From the NCBI GenBank assembly GCA_963674895.2, contig CAXXCY010000001.1, forward strand, positions 189,567-253,566: a stretch of DNA of 64,000 nt, given 5' to 3'. The DNA is from Candidatus Limiplasma sp. (GTDB taxonomy: Bacteria; Bacillota; Clostridia; Christensenellales; Aristaeellaceae). The notes under the pieces were generated by a model, which was not told the origin of the DNA, made no database searches, and saw nothing but the letters and a program-made list of their open reading frames with translations. The position numbers and the translations under genes were made by a program. Of this stretch, positions 43,223-53,786 are shown one piece after another. Each line of letters starts with the position of its first letter. The first letter of the stretch is position 1.

Positions 43223-44164
43223 TTATGATACCGCCGTATTATTCCCCTCTCCCCCGAATGTTTTCAGCCATTCCATGGTTTGCCGGATTCCCTGTGCAAA
43301 ACTGACTTCCGGTTTAAAACCGCAGTCGGCTTCCACAGCGCCGGTATCAAAAGTACACAGAGGCATGTTGGTGCCCGTATAAGGAATGTCGCCAAATTGC
43401 AGGGCTGCGTTTGGCGCCAGAGTCTGCTGCAGTTCCACGATAAATTCCCTGAGGGGGCGGGCATTGGAGCTGCCGATGACATACTCGCAAAACGGTTTGC
43501 CGTGCTTCGCAATTAGAAACAACGCCCTGGCCACATCCGTGATATATACAAAATCATAATTCTGAGTCGCGGAAGTGAATTGCAAAGGTTTGCCTTCAAT
43601 AATCTTGCGAAGCGTCGTATTGATAAACCGCGGTGAAACCTCGCCGGCGCCATACGCGTTGGTCACCATCGGCCAGATCAATTCCATGCCGTTTTCTGCC
43701 GCAATCGGTTTGCACAAACAATGCGCCGTCAGCTTGCCGATTCCATAAATATAGCCCATAGCGGGACGGCTGCCCTGTGTGTGCACGGCCGCTTCAGCCT
43801 CGTATTCCATAATGCTTCCGGCGCAAATGAAACGCTTGATCCCGAGCCTATGGGCAGCCTTCAAGCATTCGACCGTGCTCGCTGCGTTTCGCATTTGAAG
43901 CTGATAATCCGTTCGTTCGGCGCCCGCCGAGCCCGCCCAGGCTAAATGGATAAATGCATCGTATGTGTTTGGCGCAATTGTGCTACGCAGGGCGTCCATA
44001 TCGGTGACGTCGCATTTGCGGTATACAAGCCCGTCGTGGGGTTGCAGCCGTTTGGGATGTTCATTGATATCCAGCGCCAGCACCTCAACGCCGTTTTCCA
44101 GAAAGCAATTGACTGTATGGCTTCCAACAAAACCGTCGGCGCCGCTGATTACTACCTTCTGCAT
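43223..44164 (-). CDS. NAD-dependent epimerase/dehydratase family protein
   Basis: 313 aa from MQKVVISGADGFVGSH (GGGAG RBS). Catalytic YGIGK (YxxxK). Confidence 0.8.
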   Translation of the reverse strand: MQKVVISGADGFVGSHTVNCFLENGVEVLALDINEHPKRLQPHDGLVYRKCDVTDMDALRSTIAPNTYDAFIHLAWAGSAGAERTDYQLQMRNAASTVECLKAAHRLGIKRFICAGSIMEYEAEAAVHTQGSRPAMGYIYGIGKLTAHCLCKPIAAENGMELIWPMVTNAYGAGEVSPRFINTTLRKIIEGKPLQFTSATQNYDFVYITDVARALFLIAKHGKPFCEYVIGSSNARPLREFIVELQQTLAPNAALQFGDIPYTGTNMPLCTFDTGAVEADCGFKPEVSFAQGIRQTMEWLKTFGGEGNNTAVS

Positions 44165-44255
44165 TTCTTTACTCCCTACTTCCCTCATGCCAGTTTCGGA
44201 CGATATCGGTCCGGACAGTCCCGCACCTATAGTGCCAAATCATACTCCGTGCCGC

Positions 44256-45176
44256 TTATACCTGGTTCCTTAGCCACTCGATCGTCCACTTGATACCCAC
44301 CTGAAACGGAACCTGCGGTTTATAGCCAGTGTCCTTCATCAAGGCGGATGCGTCATACACTTCCGGCGTAAGAGAGATACCATGAAACGGTACCTCTCCA
44401 AAATGCAGTTTGATTGATGGGTCAATCGTATCGCGGATAATCGTGATAAATTCTTTCAATTTCCGTTGCTGATTGCCGCCCAGATAATATGCAGTGTTTT
44501 GCTTTCCTTTATCGGCAACGTCAAACAACGCCTGTGCGGTATCTGTTACGTAAACAAAATCATAAACCTGCTCACCCGCCGTAAATGACGCGCGTTTTCC
44601 CGTCAACATGAGCTTACTGGCCATATTGATGAAATTGTTTGTCGTATTTCCCACGCCATAGGTGTTTGATAAATGGCACCAAACATGCTCTATCCCCTGT
44701 TTTGTGCATTCTGTTTTTGTCATGAAATGCGTGGATATTTTCGCAATCCCATAAAAACTAGTCGCATTGGGCGTCGCTCCATCCGTAGGATGATAATTCA
44801 GCACATCTTTCTCTGCAAGCGTGCCGGCCCCCACGAAGCGTTTTACGCCCATTGCTGAAATGGCATCAACCGTATACAGCGCTTGCTTCACATTGAGCAA
44901 TTGCAGCTCATAGTCCGCCCGTGCATCACCGAAAGAACCACACCACGCCAAATGGAAACAAGTGTCGATATCCCTGTCCGGAATCAGATGCTGCAGCATA
45001 CCAATATCGTTTTGCTCGCAATAGACAATCTTTACGCCCGGCAAGTCTTTAATCTGGCTGATAGATTCACTTCTATCCTTAATGATCGCAAATACATGTA
45101 CGCCATTGCCGCTGAGTACCTTCAGCAACGCGGAACCGATAAATCCGTTTGCTCCAGTCACAATTGCCTTTTTCAT
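44256..45176 (-). CDS. NAD-dependent epimerase/dehydratase family protein (paralog of the downstream gene)
   Basis: 306 aa. MKKAIVTGANGFIGSA, YGIAK. Colinear similarity to 43223-44164 (HLAW.GS.G....DY.LQ). Confidence 0.8.
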   Translation of the reverse strand: MKKAIVTGANGFIGSALLKVLSGNGVHVFAIIKDRSESISQIKDLPGVKIVYCEQNDIGMLQHLIPDRDIDTCFHLAWCGSFGDARADYELQLLNVKQALYTVDAISAMGVKRFVGAGTLAEKDVLNYHPTDGATPNATSFYGIAKISTHFMTKTECTKQGIEHVWCHLSNTYGVGNTTNNFINMASKLMLTGKRASFTAGEQVYDFVYVTDTAQALFDVADKGKQNTAYYLGGNQQRKLKEFITIIRDTIDPSIKLHFGEVPFHGISLTPEVYDASALMKDTGYKPQVPFQVGIKWTIEWLRNQV

Positions 45177-45318
45177 ATTCCATCCTTTTCTATACGCCGT
45201 TCCAATCGAAGATATTTAATGGTGGGCAGCACCGTTCGCTAGATCTCGTGTCCGCACTATCCAACGCGCTGCTATGCATGCATGATCCGCGCCTATGTTA
45301 CCGCAAGTGATGACAAAA

Positions 45319-46368
45319 TCACGGTTTCGTTCTCATGAATCCAAAAAACATAAGCGCTTTCTTGATTTGCCCTCGAATAATTCCGACAGCAACGAGAACA
45401 TCTCCTTTTGTATAGGCAAAAAACCTGTTTGGAAAGCGATCGCTGATTTTTGAAAATTCATCCCTTAACATCTTTCGATATACAAGCACTTCCCTGAGAG
45501 GGACCTCTCTGCATTCAATTTTGTAATGCCGGCAAACGGTTTGATTCCGAAAAAGCGATTGATAGCAGACTGTACAAAAAACCAATGTGTGCAGATAGAG
45601 TTTTGACAGCACCCTGTTGTGCAGTTTGAGCGGCAAGTGCAATGTTACCAGGTGATTTGTATAAGCAATGAATTGCCCAATTCTGTTCCGGGGCATAAAG
45701 AATAAAGTGTTGTCCTCCATTTTATAGGTATAGGAGTTAACTTTTACCGCATCTTCAGGGTCCTCAAGGAACACTAACGGCTCACGATACATCATCATTG
45801 CTCCTTTTACCGCACATTCCGATAAATACAGATCGAAACTGAACGTATCGGCTTGCATGTCCTCCCCAAACTTGCTGAGAGATGAAAACAGGATCTCCGT
45901 TTTGTAGAAATCCCCTGAGGGATGTTTGCTTAAATAACCGAAGGCCAATATCGCGTCCTTTGCGAATATTTGCTGGCCGCCTCCGGTTTGCGTTCGATTA
46001 AATGCGCAAAACCCTCCGCATAATTGAGGGTTCTCTTTCAGAACGCGCAGGAATGAATCCAGCCGTTCACCATCGATAAAATCTTTGTCAAGGCACAGCA
46101 TGGCGTATGTTCCTTTGGCATAAAAAGGACAGCTGCCGATATTCAGTTTGCCATCAACAGGCTTGTCTCGTTCAATAATCCGGACCCGAGGATCCGCGGT
46201 TGTGATGTACTCCCGTATCGGGTCGGGCGATGCGTTATCCACAACTACAATCTCAAAGTCGTCTGATTCTGCCTTTAAAATCGATTCAATGCACCTTTGC
46301 AGTTTTGAAAAGCGGTTATAGGATGGAATGCAAATTGATAAAAGCATGATTGCGATATCTCCATTCAT
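45319..46368 (-). CDS. glycosyltransferase family 2
   Basis: 349 aa. SICIPSYNRFSKL, EIVVVDNASPD, LDKD. The start (46368 or 46347) is uncertain. Confidence 0.8.
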   Translation of the reverse strand: MNGDIAIMLLSICIPSYNRFSKLQRCIESILKAESDDFEIVVVDNASPDPIREYITTADPRVRIIERDKPVDGKLNIGSCPFYAKGTYAMLCLDKDFIDGERLDSFLRVLKENPQLCGGFCAFNRTQTGGGQQIFAKDAILAFGYLSKHPSGDFYKTEILFSSLSKFGEDMQADTFSFDLYLSECAVKGAMMMYREPLVFLEDPEDAVKVNSYTYKMEDNTLFFMPRNRIGQFIAYTNHLVTLHLPLKLHNRVLSKLYLHTLVFCTVCYQSLFRNQTVCRHYKIECREVPLREVLVYRKMLRDEFSKISDRFPNRFFAYTKGDVLVAVGIIRGQIKKALMFFGFMRTKP

Positions 46369-46563
46369 TGTGCTTCCCGAATAAAGCGGATCGATCCATC
46401 GATTAAGCGCAGCATTGCGCTATCCTCAGCGGTTGAATCAATCACCCGCATGTCTCGCTATTCGAAAGGGCCTTAACCATGATCCTTTCGCATAAGTATA
46501 CAAAGCATTAACGTATATATTCATCTGCTCTTCTCTCTTTGAACGGTTATCCGTCCTTTCATG

Positions 46564-48030
46564 CTAACCGTTTCTCCCCTCACGGAGTGATCTTCCGACG
46601 TTTTTAATCATTTCCATCAGAAACGCGTCTTTCACGATGAAGAGTACAAGCGCCCCGTAAACCAATATACCGACTATACCCTGGACCAGCGTTATAAGGA
46701 GCGCACCGCAGCCGGACTGGTTCATTATAATCGCAAGGATCGTAATCACGCAACCCATGATAACGGCGCAGATAAAATATCGAATCAACTTCGCAAACAG
46801 TTTTTTCACGTTCACATATTTTCGTACAAAGTAAAGGTGCAATCCGGCAACGAACAATTCCGCGACAATCGTTGCCAGGGACGCGCCGACAGAAAGAAGC
46901 TTCGGGATGAGAAGGAAATTCAATGTGAAGTTCACAACAGCCCCGGCGGCAACGGCCATCGTTCCCTTATTGTGCTGCTTTGTCGGCGTCAGTATCACAA
47001 AGCTGGCCGTCGTACTCAGGGGAATAATCACGATTACCCAGGCGTAAATTTGCATAAGAAGCGCGACTTTATCAAACCCGGGGCCGAAAAACAACGGGAC
47101 GAAATAGCGCGCGACCGCGATCAGCCCGATCGCCAGCGGGCACGACAACACAATCGCAAACGAAAACGCCTTTTCTGCAATCTCCCGGATCCTTTTGCGA
47201 TTATCATCCGCAAAGGCAGCCGCAACATGCGGCAGCGCTATCGTTCCCAGCGAAGTAATGACTGTCAGCAGCAAAGAGACGATCTTCGTTGTCTGCTCAT
47301 AATAACCGTTTTCCAGCCTGCTGCCCGTAAACATACCCAGCATTGTCTTGTCCAGCACATTGTATACCTGAACCGCAATCAACGGAAGAAAAAGCTCAAA
47401 TACCGTTTTCCAGTTGGCAAACGGAGCAAGCTCCTTGGGCGATACTTTTTCCAGCTTTCCGCGCAAGCCCGCCCACATCGCCAGATTGCCAAACAGAAAC
47501 GACAGAACCTGTATTAAAATATAGGTATTTAAATCCTGCCGTGTCTTGACCAATATGAAAATGGCAGCCACCGCGCCTGTTTTGATTAACAGGTTGCGAA
47601 TGGTGACGCTTCTAAAATCCTCCAGACCCTGATAGAACCAGGTAATGTCGAAGAGAACATTGATAATTGCAAAGCATTGTATCAGCAGCACCGTTTGATA
47701 TTGCTTATAAAAATACACAAACAGACCGTATCCGACGAGAGCGACAGATACCGTGAGCGCTTTGGAAATCAGGATCTCAAAAAAACGAATGGATTGCAGG
47801 TGACGATTGGTTTGGGCATAGGCAATCTCACGCTGTCCGTATACAGAAAAACCAAGCGCCGCCGCCAGAGCAAAGTAGGAAACAAGCGACGCAGTATAGC
47901 TGTAAACGCCGATATTTTCCGGGCCCATAACGCGGGACACATAGGGGGTCGTAACCAAGGGGAGAATGATAACCAAAATCTGATAGCTCAGATTATACAG
48001 ATAGTTTTTAAAAACACTTCTCTTACGCAC
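46564..48030 (-). CDS. wzx: oligosaccharide flippase (Wzx, MOP/polysaccharide-biosynthesis family)
   Basis: 488 aa, about 12-14 hydrophobic helices. N-terminal NLSYQILVIILPLVTTPYVSRVMGPENIGVYSY is typical of Wzx. GTG start with GGAGAG RBS. Confidence 0.8.
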   Translation of the reverse strand: MRKRSVFKNYLYNLSYQILVIILPLVTTPYVSRVMGPENIGVYSYTASLVSYFALAAALGFSVYGQREIAYAQTNRHLQSIRFFEILISKALTVSVALVGYGLFVYFYKQYQTVLLIQCFAIINVLFDITWFYQGLEDFRSVTIRNLLIKTGAVAAIFILVKTRQDLNTYILIQVLSFLFGNLAMWAGLRGKLEKVSPKELAPFANWKTVFELFLPLIAVQVYNVLDKTMLGMFTGSRLENGYYEQTTKIVSLLLTVITSLGTIALPHVAAAFADDNRKRIREIAEKAFSFAIVLSCPLAIGLIAVARYFVPLFFGPGFDKVALLMQIYAWVIVIIPLSTTASFVILTPTKQHNKGTMAVAAGAVVNFTLNFLLIPKLLSVGASLATIVAELFVAGLHLYFVRKYVNVKKLFAKLIRYFICAVIMGCVITILAIIMNQSGCGALLITLVQGIVGILVYGALVLFIVKDAFLMEMIKNVGRSLREGRNG

Positions 48031-48265
48031 GATACTCTCCGATACAATCCATGCAATGTTTCACCAGGCTGTGCACTGGACAGTTTTTCCCCCCGCCAGG
48101 GCTTAAGCCCACTGCCCGCATACCCGCCGAAATCATTGTGCTACGTTCGCGTGACCACCCCGCTGCAACGCGTTTTAGCAACGCTTGCTTACCATAATTT
48201 CACCGCAGTTTCAGCACGCGTATGGTCTTCTTGTTTTGGGATAACCTCCGTTGCAGCCTGGTCCG

Positions 48266-48892
48266 TCATCTCGGAATATGTTCCAGCAGGTGCTGTAAAC
48301 CAGGCAAATCCAAAGTGGAAACATCGGTATACAGCTTGTCGATATGTGCTCTGATCAGTTCGGGCGTCAGTTTGTTGAAATCTATTTTCATCAATTCATC
48401 AATCACTTCTGATGAGAAACGGAATTTCACCACCTTGTCATTCACATAGACCGCATAGGGCGGAACGCTCTTCCTCACGGTGCTGCCCGCACCGATCACC
48501 GCTCCCCTGCCAATCGTAACGCCGGACAAAACCATTGATCTTTCCCCAATCCATACGTCGTCGCCGACAATAATCGGACCCTTGCATAACGCCTCTGCTT
48601 CTCCGTTGAGCAGCTTTGCTTTGAAAGGATAGGTGGAGATGTTGTGATAATTGTGTTCGCCATCCAGAATAAACCTCACGTTTGGCGCAATAGAGCAAAA
48701 ACATCCTATGGTCAGATGACTTTCCGGGCACCCGGATGAAGCCGCGTTAATGGCCCCGTATGTATACTTGCCGATATCGATTTTTTGTATATCGCATAAC
48801 TGAATTGGTTTGGTAAAGTTCATTTTATTCTTCTGTTTCCATTTGATGCGCATGATCCGGAATTTGATTGCTATCTTCACGCTGCCAAGCAT
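48266..48892 (-). CDS. hexapeptide-repeat O-acetyltransferase (xenobiotic acetyltransferase/Vat-CatB class)
   Basis: IGKYTYG, TIGCFCSIAPNV, EHNYHNISTYPF and IVGDDVWIGERSMVLSGVTIGRGAVIGAGSTV left-handed beta-helix repeats. Start candidates are 48892 (AGGAGG, 12-nt spacer), 48853 and 48823. Confidence 0.8.
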   Translation of the reverse strand: MLGSVKIAIKFRIMRIKWKQKNKMNFTKPIQLCDIQKIDIGKYTYGAINAASSGCPESHLTIGCFCSIAPNVRFILDGEHNYHNISTYPFKAKLLNGEAEALCKGPIIVGDDVWIGERSMVLSGVTIGRGAVIGAGSTVRKSVPPYAVYVNDKVVKFRFSSEVIDELMKIDFNKLTPELIRAHIDKLYTDVSTLDLPGLQHLLEHIPR

Positions 48893-49198
48893 TTCTGTTT
48901 CAACCTCCTGAAGAATGATCGTCCGTATATCAAGGATATCTCAGCCTCAAGAGTGTGTCGAATCAGCGCAATATCCCGTTCCGGGAAAAACCTGTTGCTT
49001 CGTACCTGTAACGAGTTATACAACATGACAAAGCTTAAATCCTGCAAGGCCGACGGCAGAAGACGCCGTGTTTGCACCCAGGGCTGCCGAAGTCTTTGCC
49101 ACGCGTATTGCCAGGCTCCGCCGTACGGTAACCTGCTCCGCCGCGCTTTTTCGAAACAAACAGCCCGTTGTAAACTCAGCATAAACAGGCTTGTGCAT

Positions 49199-50452
49199 TT
49201 ACCCGGTTTTCTTTCGCTCATCCCTCAATGTGTTGACAAACAGTCCAATCAGAATACAGGGAATAAGCGCCATGCCGATGGAAGTAATCCCCATCACGAA
49301 TAGCGTGTTGACCGCTGCTGCCGCAAGTGTGATTTTGAGCAGGGTGCTGATGGGATTTCTTTTTTGCATATCAACGCGTCTGGCAAATCTGTAATTTGAA
49401 ATATAGAAGTACAGGTACAGTATCAATCCGAAAATCCCCGACCAGGTCAATACCGTTAAATAACCGTTATGCAAATACGGAATATACGTGCTGTTTGAAT
49501 CCGTAACCAGCGCGGCGTATTCGCCGACGTTCACACCTTGAAAGCCTTGGCCGAAAAGCTTTTGCAGAATGTTGGTCGTTTGAAACTGTTGCTGAAAACT
49601 GTATGCCTCAAAACCACGCCAGTATGCGTTGATTGTTGGAAAATCCCACTCGTTTTGTGCGCTTATTTCCTGCCAGCTGAAAAAAAGCCTTGCGCCATAC
49701 GCTTTAACCGATTCCTCAAACGCGCTGTTCGTACATAGCAAAGCAAGCAGCAACAGCGCGCAAAGAACAATTATCAAAGCCGTTTTAACCGACCGGCCGA
49801 ACATCACCGGCTTGTTGATGAAATAGACCATCATGCCTACCAGAAAGAAAAGGAGCGCCGATCTTGAAAACCCCATGAAAACAGAAATCAGGGACAGCGC
49901 TACAATAATACGGTTTGTGTTTCTGGTAAACAGCCATCCGGATCGGTTGTAGAAAACAAACAGGAAGAAGGAAACAACCGCTGTCTCGCTTGACAGTATT
50001 TTGGCCGTGCGAAACGAATCAAAAGAAAAGCCATTTACAATCAATGTATAGCCTAAGTAGAGCATAAAAAGAAGACCACAAATACCGCCTGACAGAAAGA
50101 CTGCGCGAAGACAGGATTTTATCGTATAGGTTCTGGACAAAACGCTTCCGTAATAAAGCAAAACAACCGGCGAAAAGATGTAAAGCAAGAAACGGATCAA
50201 TGAATGCCCGTCAACGGAAGAGTAGCTGTACAGGTTCATCACGATGCCAAGGATCGCTATTACGGGAAAGACCCATGAAGCGGTATATATATACACGTTC
50301 ACTCTTTGATTGACCGCCAAATGCATGACAATCAAACCCACAATCAGCAAAAATAAGCCGTTGGAAGGAAAGACGATGCCTCCGACGAGAACCGCCACCA
50401 ATTCATAACAAATGAACGGCTCTTTCTTCAGGATTAAGACATTTTGATACAT
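49199..50452 (-). CDS. wzy: O-antigen/EPS repeat-unit polymerase (Wzy, O-antigen ligase-like family)
   Basis: About 417 aa, 10 or more TM helices, with GFSRSALLFFLVGMMVY (Wzy_C-like) and a large loop. Start placed at ATG 50452 (GGAGAAG RBS) rather than TTG 50482. Confidence 0.65.
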   Translation of the reverse strand: MYQNVLILKKEPFICYELVAVLVGGIVFPSNGLFLLIVGLIVMHLAVNQRVNVYIYTASWVFPVIAILGIVMNLYSYSSVDGHSLIRFLLYIFSPVVLLYYGSVLSRTYTIKSCLRAVFLSGGICGLLFMLYLGYTLIVNGFSFDSFRTAKILSSETAVVSFFLFVFYNRSGWLFTRNTNRIIVALSLISVFMGFSRSALLFFLVGMMVYFINKPVMFGRSVKTALIIVLCALLLLALLCTNSAFEESVKAYGARLFFSWQEISAQNEWDFPTINAYWRGFEAYSFQQQFQTTNILQKLFGQGFQGVNVGEYAALVTDSNSTYIPYLHNGYLTVLTWSGIFGLILYLYFYISNYRFARRVDMQKRNPISTLLKITLAAAAVNTLFVMGITSIGMALIPCILIGLFVNTLRDERKKTG

Positions 50453-50625
50453 TCTCAAATCTTCTCCGTACTGATTCTGCAATCGGGAGCACAGTAAGCA
50501 TCTTTAAAATCAAATGCGGATGCATTTCACGATTTGATACAGTGTAACACGGTAGCAAACGGCAAACAAATCATTTTCGCAGGAGCAATAGAAAACCGCT
50601 AAAGGCGGCGATCCGGCCATACGGT

Positions 50626-51480
50626 CTATTCCTGTTTTTTTGCATTCCAAAAGGCCGCCTGTATTCTGCGGGAGAACAGTGCCAGACGCTTAAGCGTACG
50701 CTGATACCCGCTGTACTCGTTGATATAGTAAATCCTGCTTTTCAGGAATAACGCCATTCTACTTTGGCTATTGCCCGTCTTGGCGTGGCCGTAATGCTCA
50801 TGGTATGCGGTTACTTCTTTCAGGTAGAGTTCCCGATAGCCATATCGCAAAACCGTCTTCGCTAAGATCGGCTCCTCGCAATACAGGAATACCTTCTCAT
50901 CCAAACCATGGGCTGTAACAAAGAAATCCCTGGAAATCATAAAACAACAGCCGCTAAGCTTTTCACAGTAACCGGTCCTGTTTTCACTTAGGTTGCCGTC
51001 CCACAGGCCAAGCCTTTGTTTCACAGTTTCCGAGGGCCAGAAGATCTCTTCCCAAACCGAGATTTCGCGCATTGGATTTTGCCTGACACCATTTGGCATA
51101 AGCACGTTGGTACCAATAATCGCTGCTTGCGGCCAACGGAGAAGCTGTTCGATTATATAGCTGATATAGTGCGGATCACGCAACTCCACATCGGGGTTGA
51201 TGACAAGCATCCATGCTGCCCCATCTTCACACGCCGCGCGCAGCCCGATATTGTTTCCAGCAGAAAACCCGCGGTTTTCCTCACTGATCATCAACCGCGC
51301 CCCGGCCGCGCTACAGATCGCCTGCAATCGTTCGATTTCCGATTCCTCTGTGGACGCGTTGTCCACAACGATCATCGAGAGCGCAGGATAATCCTGCTTG
51401 TTCAAGAACCCGAGACACTTTTTGCAATCGGCGCTCGAGTTATAATTCAAAAGGATTGCAGATACGTTTGGTTTTTGCAT
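50626..51480 (-). CDS. glycosyltransferase family 2
   Basis: 284 aa. VSAILLNYNS, MIVVDNASTEES, GFSAGNN, NPDV. Confidence 0.8.
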   Translation of the reverse strand: MQKPNVSAILLNYNSSADCKKCLGFLNKQDYPALSMIVVDNASTEESEIERLQAICSAAGARLMISEENRGFSAGNNIGLRAACEDGAAWMLVINPDVELRDPHYISYIIEQLLRWPQAAIIGTNVLMPNGVRQNPMREISVWEEIFWPSETVKQRLGLWDGNLSENRTGYCEKLSGCCFMISRDFFVTAHGLDEKVFLYCEEPILAKTVLRYGYRELYLKEVTAYHEHYGHAKTGNSQSRMALFLKSRIYYINEYSGYQRTLKRLALFSRRIQAAFWNAKKQE

Positions 51481-51645
51481 AGTTTGGTAACCTTTCTTTT
51501 TACAGGAAAAACTATCCGGGCCCGTCGCATTCTCACCGTAGTCACAAACTGCCGCGCGTGGCTTTACCGCACTCCCTGCGCTTCCAGCGCATTATATCGC
51601 GCCGCTGTGCGCTCAGATTTAACCCTGACATCAGCCAACTCATGT

Positions 51646-52626
51646 TCATCCATCACGCATGCTTCGCTTCATCAGCCTGTGCCGTAGCTCAATAAAGCGG
51701 ATCATCCATACATATACCCAAAACGGGCCGTGATAATAAATCATGTTCTGAATCCGTACGTTCTTTGAAAAAGGCTTATCCATCATTTCGCCGCCGCCGG
51801 GAAGTTTTTTCATATACTTCAGATAATATTGTTTCAACGGATGCGTACAATCGCTGCACCACGGCCTGTGATACAGTTCGCCCGTGAAATGAATCACAAC
51901 CGGATGTTCCTTTGCGGCGTCAATTTCTTCTTGCGTATAGTATGTGTCCATGCGAAACAGCTTTTTAATTCTCTTCACAGAGTACATAAACATAGGATTG
52001 ATGACGTTGTAAGCTGGCGGGAGGATGCCTGTCTTGCATATCCTGTTCAGGACTCCCTGATCAACATAAGGTGGATTCCCATTATATGACTCGATGTAAT
52101 CTACGAATTTTGCCTCCATATCGAGCTCGCGCCATTGCTTCAAATCAATCACGACAACGCCGCAGTTGATGTATCTGTCACTGCGCGTAAGCCCGATCGC
52201 CTCGACAAAATAGTGGTTGACCGTATCCTGAACACCCCACACGCTTGCATCTTCCAAATCCATCGTCAGCAGTTGTTTCAAAGATCCCACACACACCGTA
52301 TCGCTGTCGAGATAAAGTATTCTATCCACTTGCGCAATCTGACCCAAAAACAATTTCCCGTAAGTACTAAGAGAAAAATCTGTGCTGACATGCAATTTGC
52401 TGGAAATCTTATACAGGTCAATATAGATAATTTTGCGTTCGCCATCGCCGGAGAAGGTTTCCGCTACTTTATTCAACCGTTGCTTATTCTTATCACTAAT
52501 ATGGTTGTCGAGAAGGTACACATGGATCTGCTCGATATCCCGATTGTTATCAAAAACCGAATAAATGCACACCCCGGCGTGTTGAATATAAGAATCGCTG
52601 GAAGAAAGCGCACAATTCATTCGCAT
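51646..52626 (-). CDS. glycosyltransferase family 8 (LgtC/RfaJ-like)
   Basis: About 326 aa from MRMNCALSSSD (GAGGAGAGAG RBS). YLDSDTVCVG (DxD), NCGVVVIDL, DQGVLN, HFTG..HRPW. Confidence 0.8.
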   Translation of the reverse strand: MRMNCALSSSDSYIQHAGVCIYSVFDNNRDIEQIHVYLLDNHISDKNKQRLNKVAETFSGDGERKIIYIDLYKISSKLHVSTDFSLSTYGKLFLGQIAQVDRILYLDSDTVCVGSLKQLLTMDLEDASVWGVQDTVNHYFVEAIGLTRSDRYINCGVVVIDLKQWRELDMEAKFVDYIESYNGNPPYVDQGVLNRICKTGILPPAYNVINPMFMYSVKRIKKLFRMDTYYTQEEIDAAKEHPVVIHFTGELYHRPWCSDCTHPLKQYYLKYMKKLPGGGEMMDKPFSKNVRIQNMIYYHGPFWVYVWMIRFIELRHRLMKRSMRDG

Positions 52627-53786
52627 GGCAATCTCTCTCCTCGTTCTATCAAATCGTGGAGACATTGTTGTATTATCTCCATCCATACAACGCATACGCG
52701 TTCATTTTCCGAAAACGACTCTCCATATCGTCTGTAATAAAAGCTCATTATATAAAGCAAATAGCATAGATAATATAGTGTCGGGTTTTCTATTCGCATT
52801 GCATGCTCTTTTTCCTGTTTTTTAAAAGTTTGAAAAATCTCATCTCCAGTTTGCCTAAAAGACAAAGCCCCCACTTGCGTAATAAAATGGAAAGCATCGA
52901 ACCCCGCCGGAAAATCCTGCTTGGAATACTCGAAATCGAAAACAAAAACACGGTCCGGCTTTACGCATATATTCCAAGGTGTAAAGTCTCCATGGATGAA
53001 GGCCGCTTGTATCTTCTTCCCAGAGAATTTCATTTTCAGCAAGTTGATAACATCACATATGAATTGTTTCGATTGCCAATTGCTTCTTTGCATAATAGCA
53101 TAAAAATCGTCCAGAAGCTTGCAATAATCGGAACCAATAAAGTCAATATCATGTGATGTTTGAGAGTACAGTTCATCCAGAAAATTCCAGTGCTGCTGTG
53201 TAAGCGTACGAACAACAGGTTCGTTGCCTTCCTTCTCCGTGCTTTGGATAAAGCAATACCTGTTCCCGATATCGCCCTCCCACAACACCTCGGGTATGGA
53301 GCGGATACCCTGACTCTTCAAGCGACGCAGCGCATTGACTTCTGATAGGAATGCCTGCTTGACGACTTCCTCTCTTGTAATTTTCATGTACCCTTTCAGC
53401 TTGCGATTTGCAGAGATCTGAAGGATCGCTTTTCTATTTTCAGCAAACTTCGTGTCTCCAATATATACCGAGTACTGGAAACTATCGGTCTGCACGCAGA
53501 AGGTGTTTTGAATCGCCTCTCTTACATTTTCTTTCAGCGCATATCGGCCCTTCTTAATTTTCAGCAAGTGAAGAAGGGCGTCCGTTTTTACGCAATGCGC
53601 CAGAAACATCTTCATTGCTTTGCCTTTGAAGGAAGTCGGCTGATAAATCTGCAATCCGCATTTTACATCTTCTCTTGGCAGGAGCCATGTCTTGTTGTTG
53701 TTCCTGTTTTCAACAACAAAAAACGTGTCCCCTTCATCGCATACCTCGAGAACATCCTCCAGAACTTCTTTCGTTACGGATATCAA
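52617..53786 (-). CDS. phosphotransferase-fold (APH/choline-kinase-like) protein
   Basis: 389 aa. FIHGDFTPWNI (HxDxxxxN catalytic loop) and VFVFDFEYS (DFE metal-binding, ChoK/LicA-style). The TTG start overlaps the stop of the upstream GT4 (TTGA), with GGGAGAG RBS. Confidence 0.6.
   Translation of the reverse strand: MISVTKEVLEDVLEVCDEGDTFFVVENRNNNKTWLLPREDVKCGLQIYQPTSFKGKAMKMFLAHCVKTDALLHLLKIKKGRYALKENVREAIQNTFCVQTDSFQYSVYIGDTKFAENRKAILQISANRKLKGYMKITREEVVKQAFLSEVNALRRLKSQGIRSIPEVLWEGDIGNRYCFIQSTEKEGNEPVVRTLTQQHWNFLDELYSQTSHDIDFIGSDYCKLLDDFYAIMQRSNWQSKQFICDVINLLKMKFSGKKIQAAFIHGDFTPWNICVKPDRVFVFDFEYSKQDFPAGFDAFHFITQVGALSFRQTGDEIFQTFKKQEKEHAMRIENPTLYYLCYLLYIMSFYYRRYGESFSENERVCVVWMEIIQQCLHDLIERGERLPCE

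Noticed and set aside
48189-48269. 26-codon ORF (MTDQAATEVIPKQEDHTRAETAVKLW) whose ATG overlaps the acetyltransferase stop (ATGA)
   Set aside because: It is too short, has no RBS or recognisable family, and could easily arise by chance in a GC-rich spacer. It is mentioned only because of the ATGA overlap.
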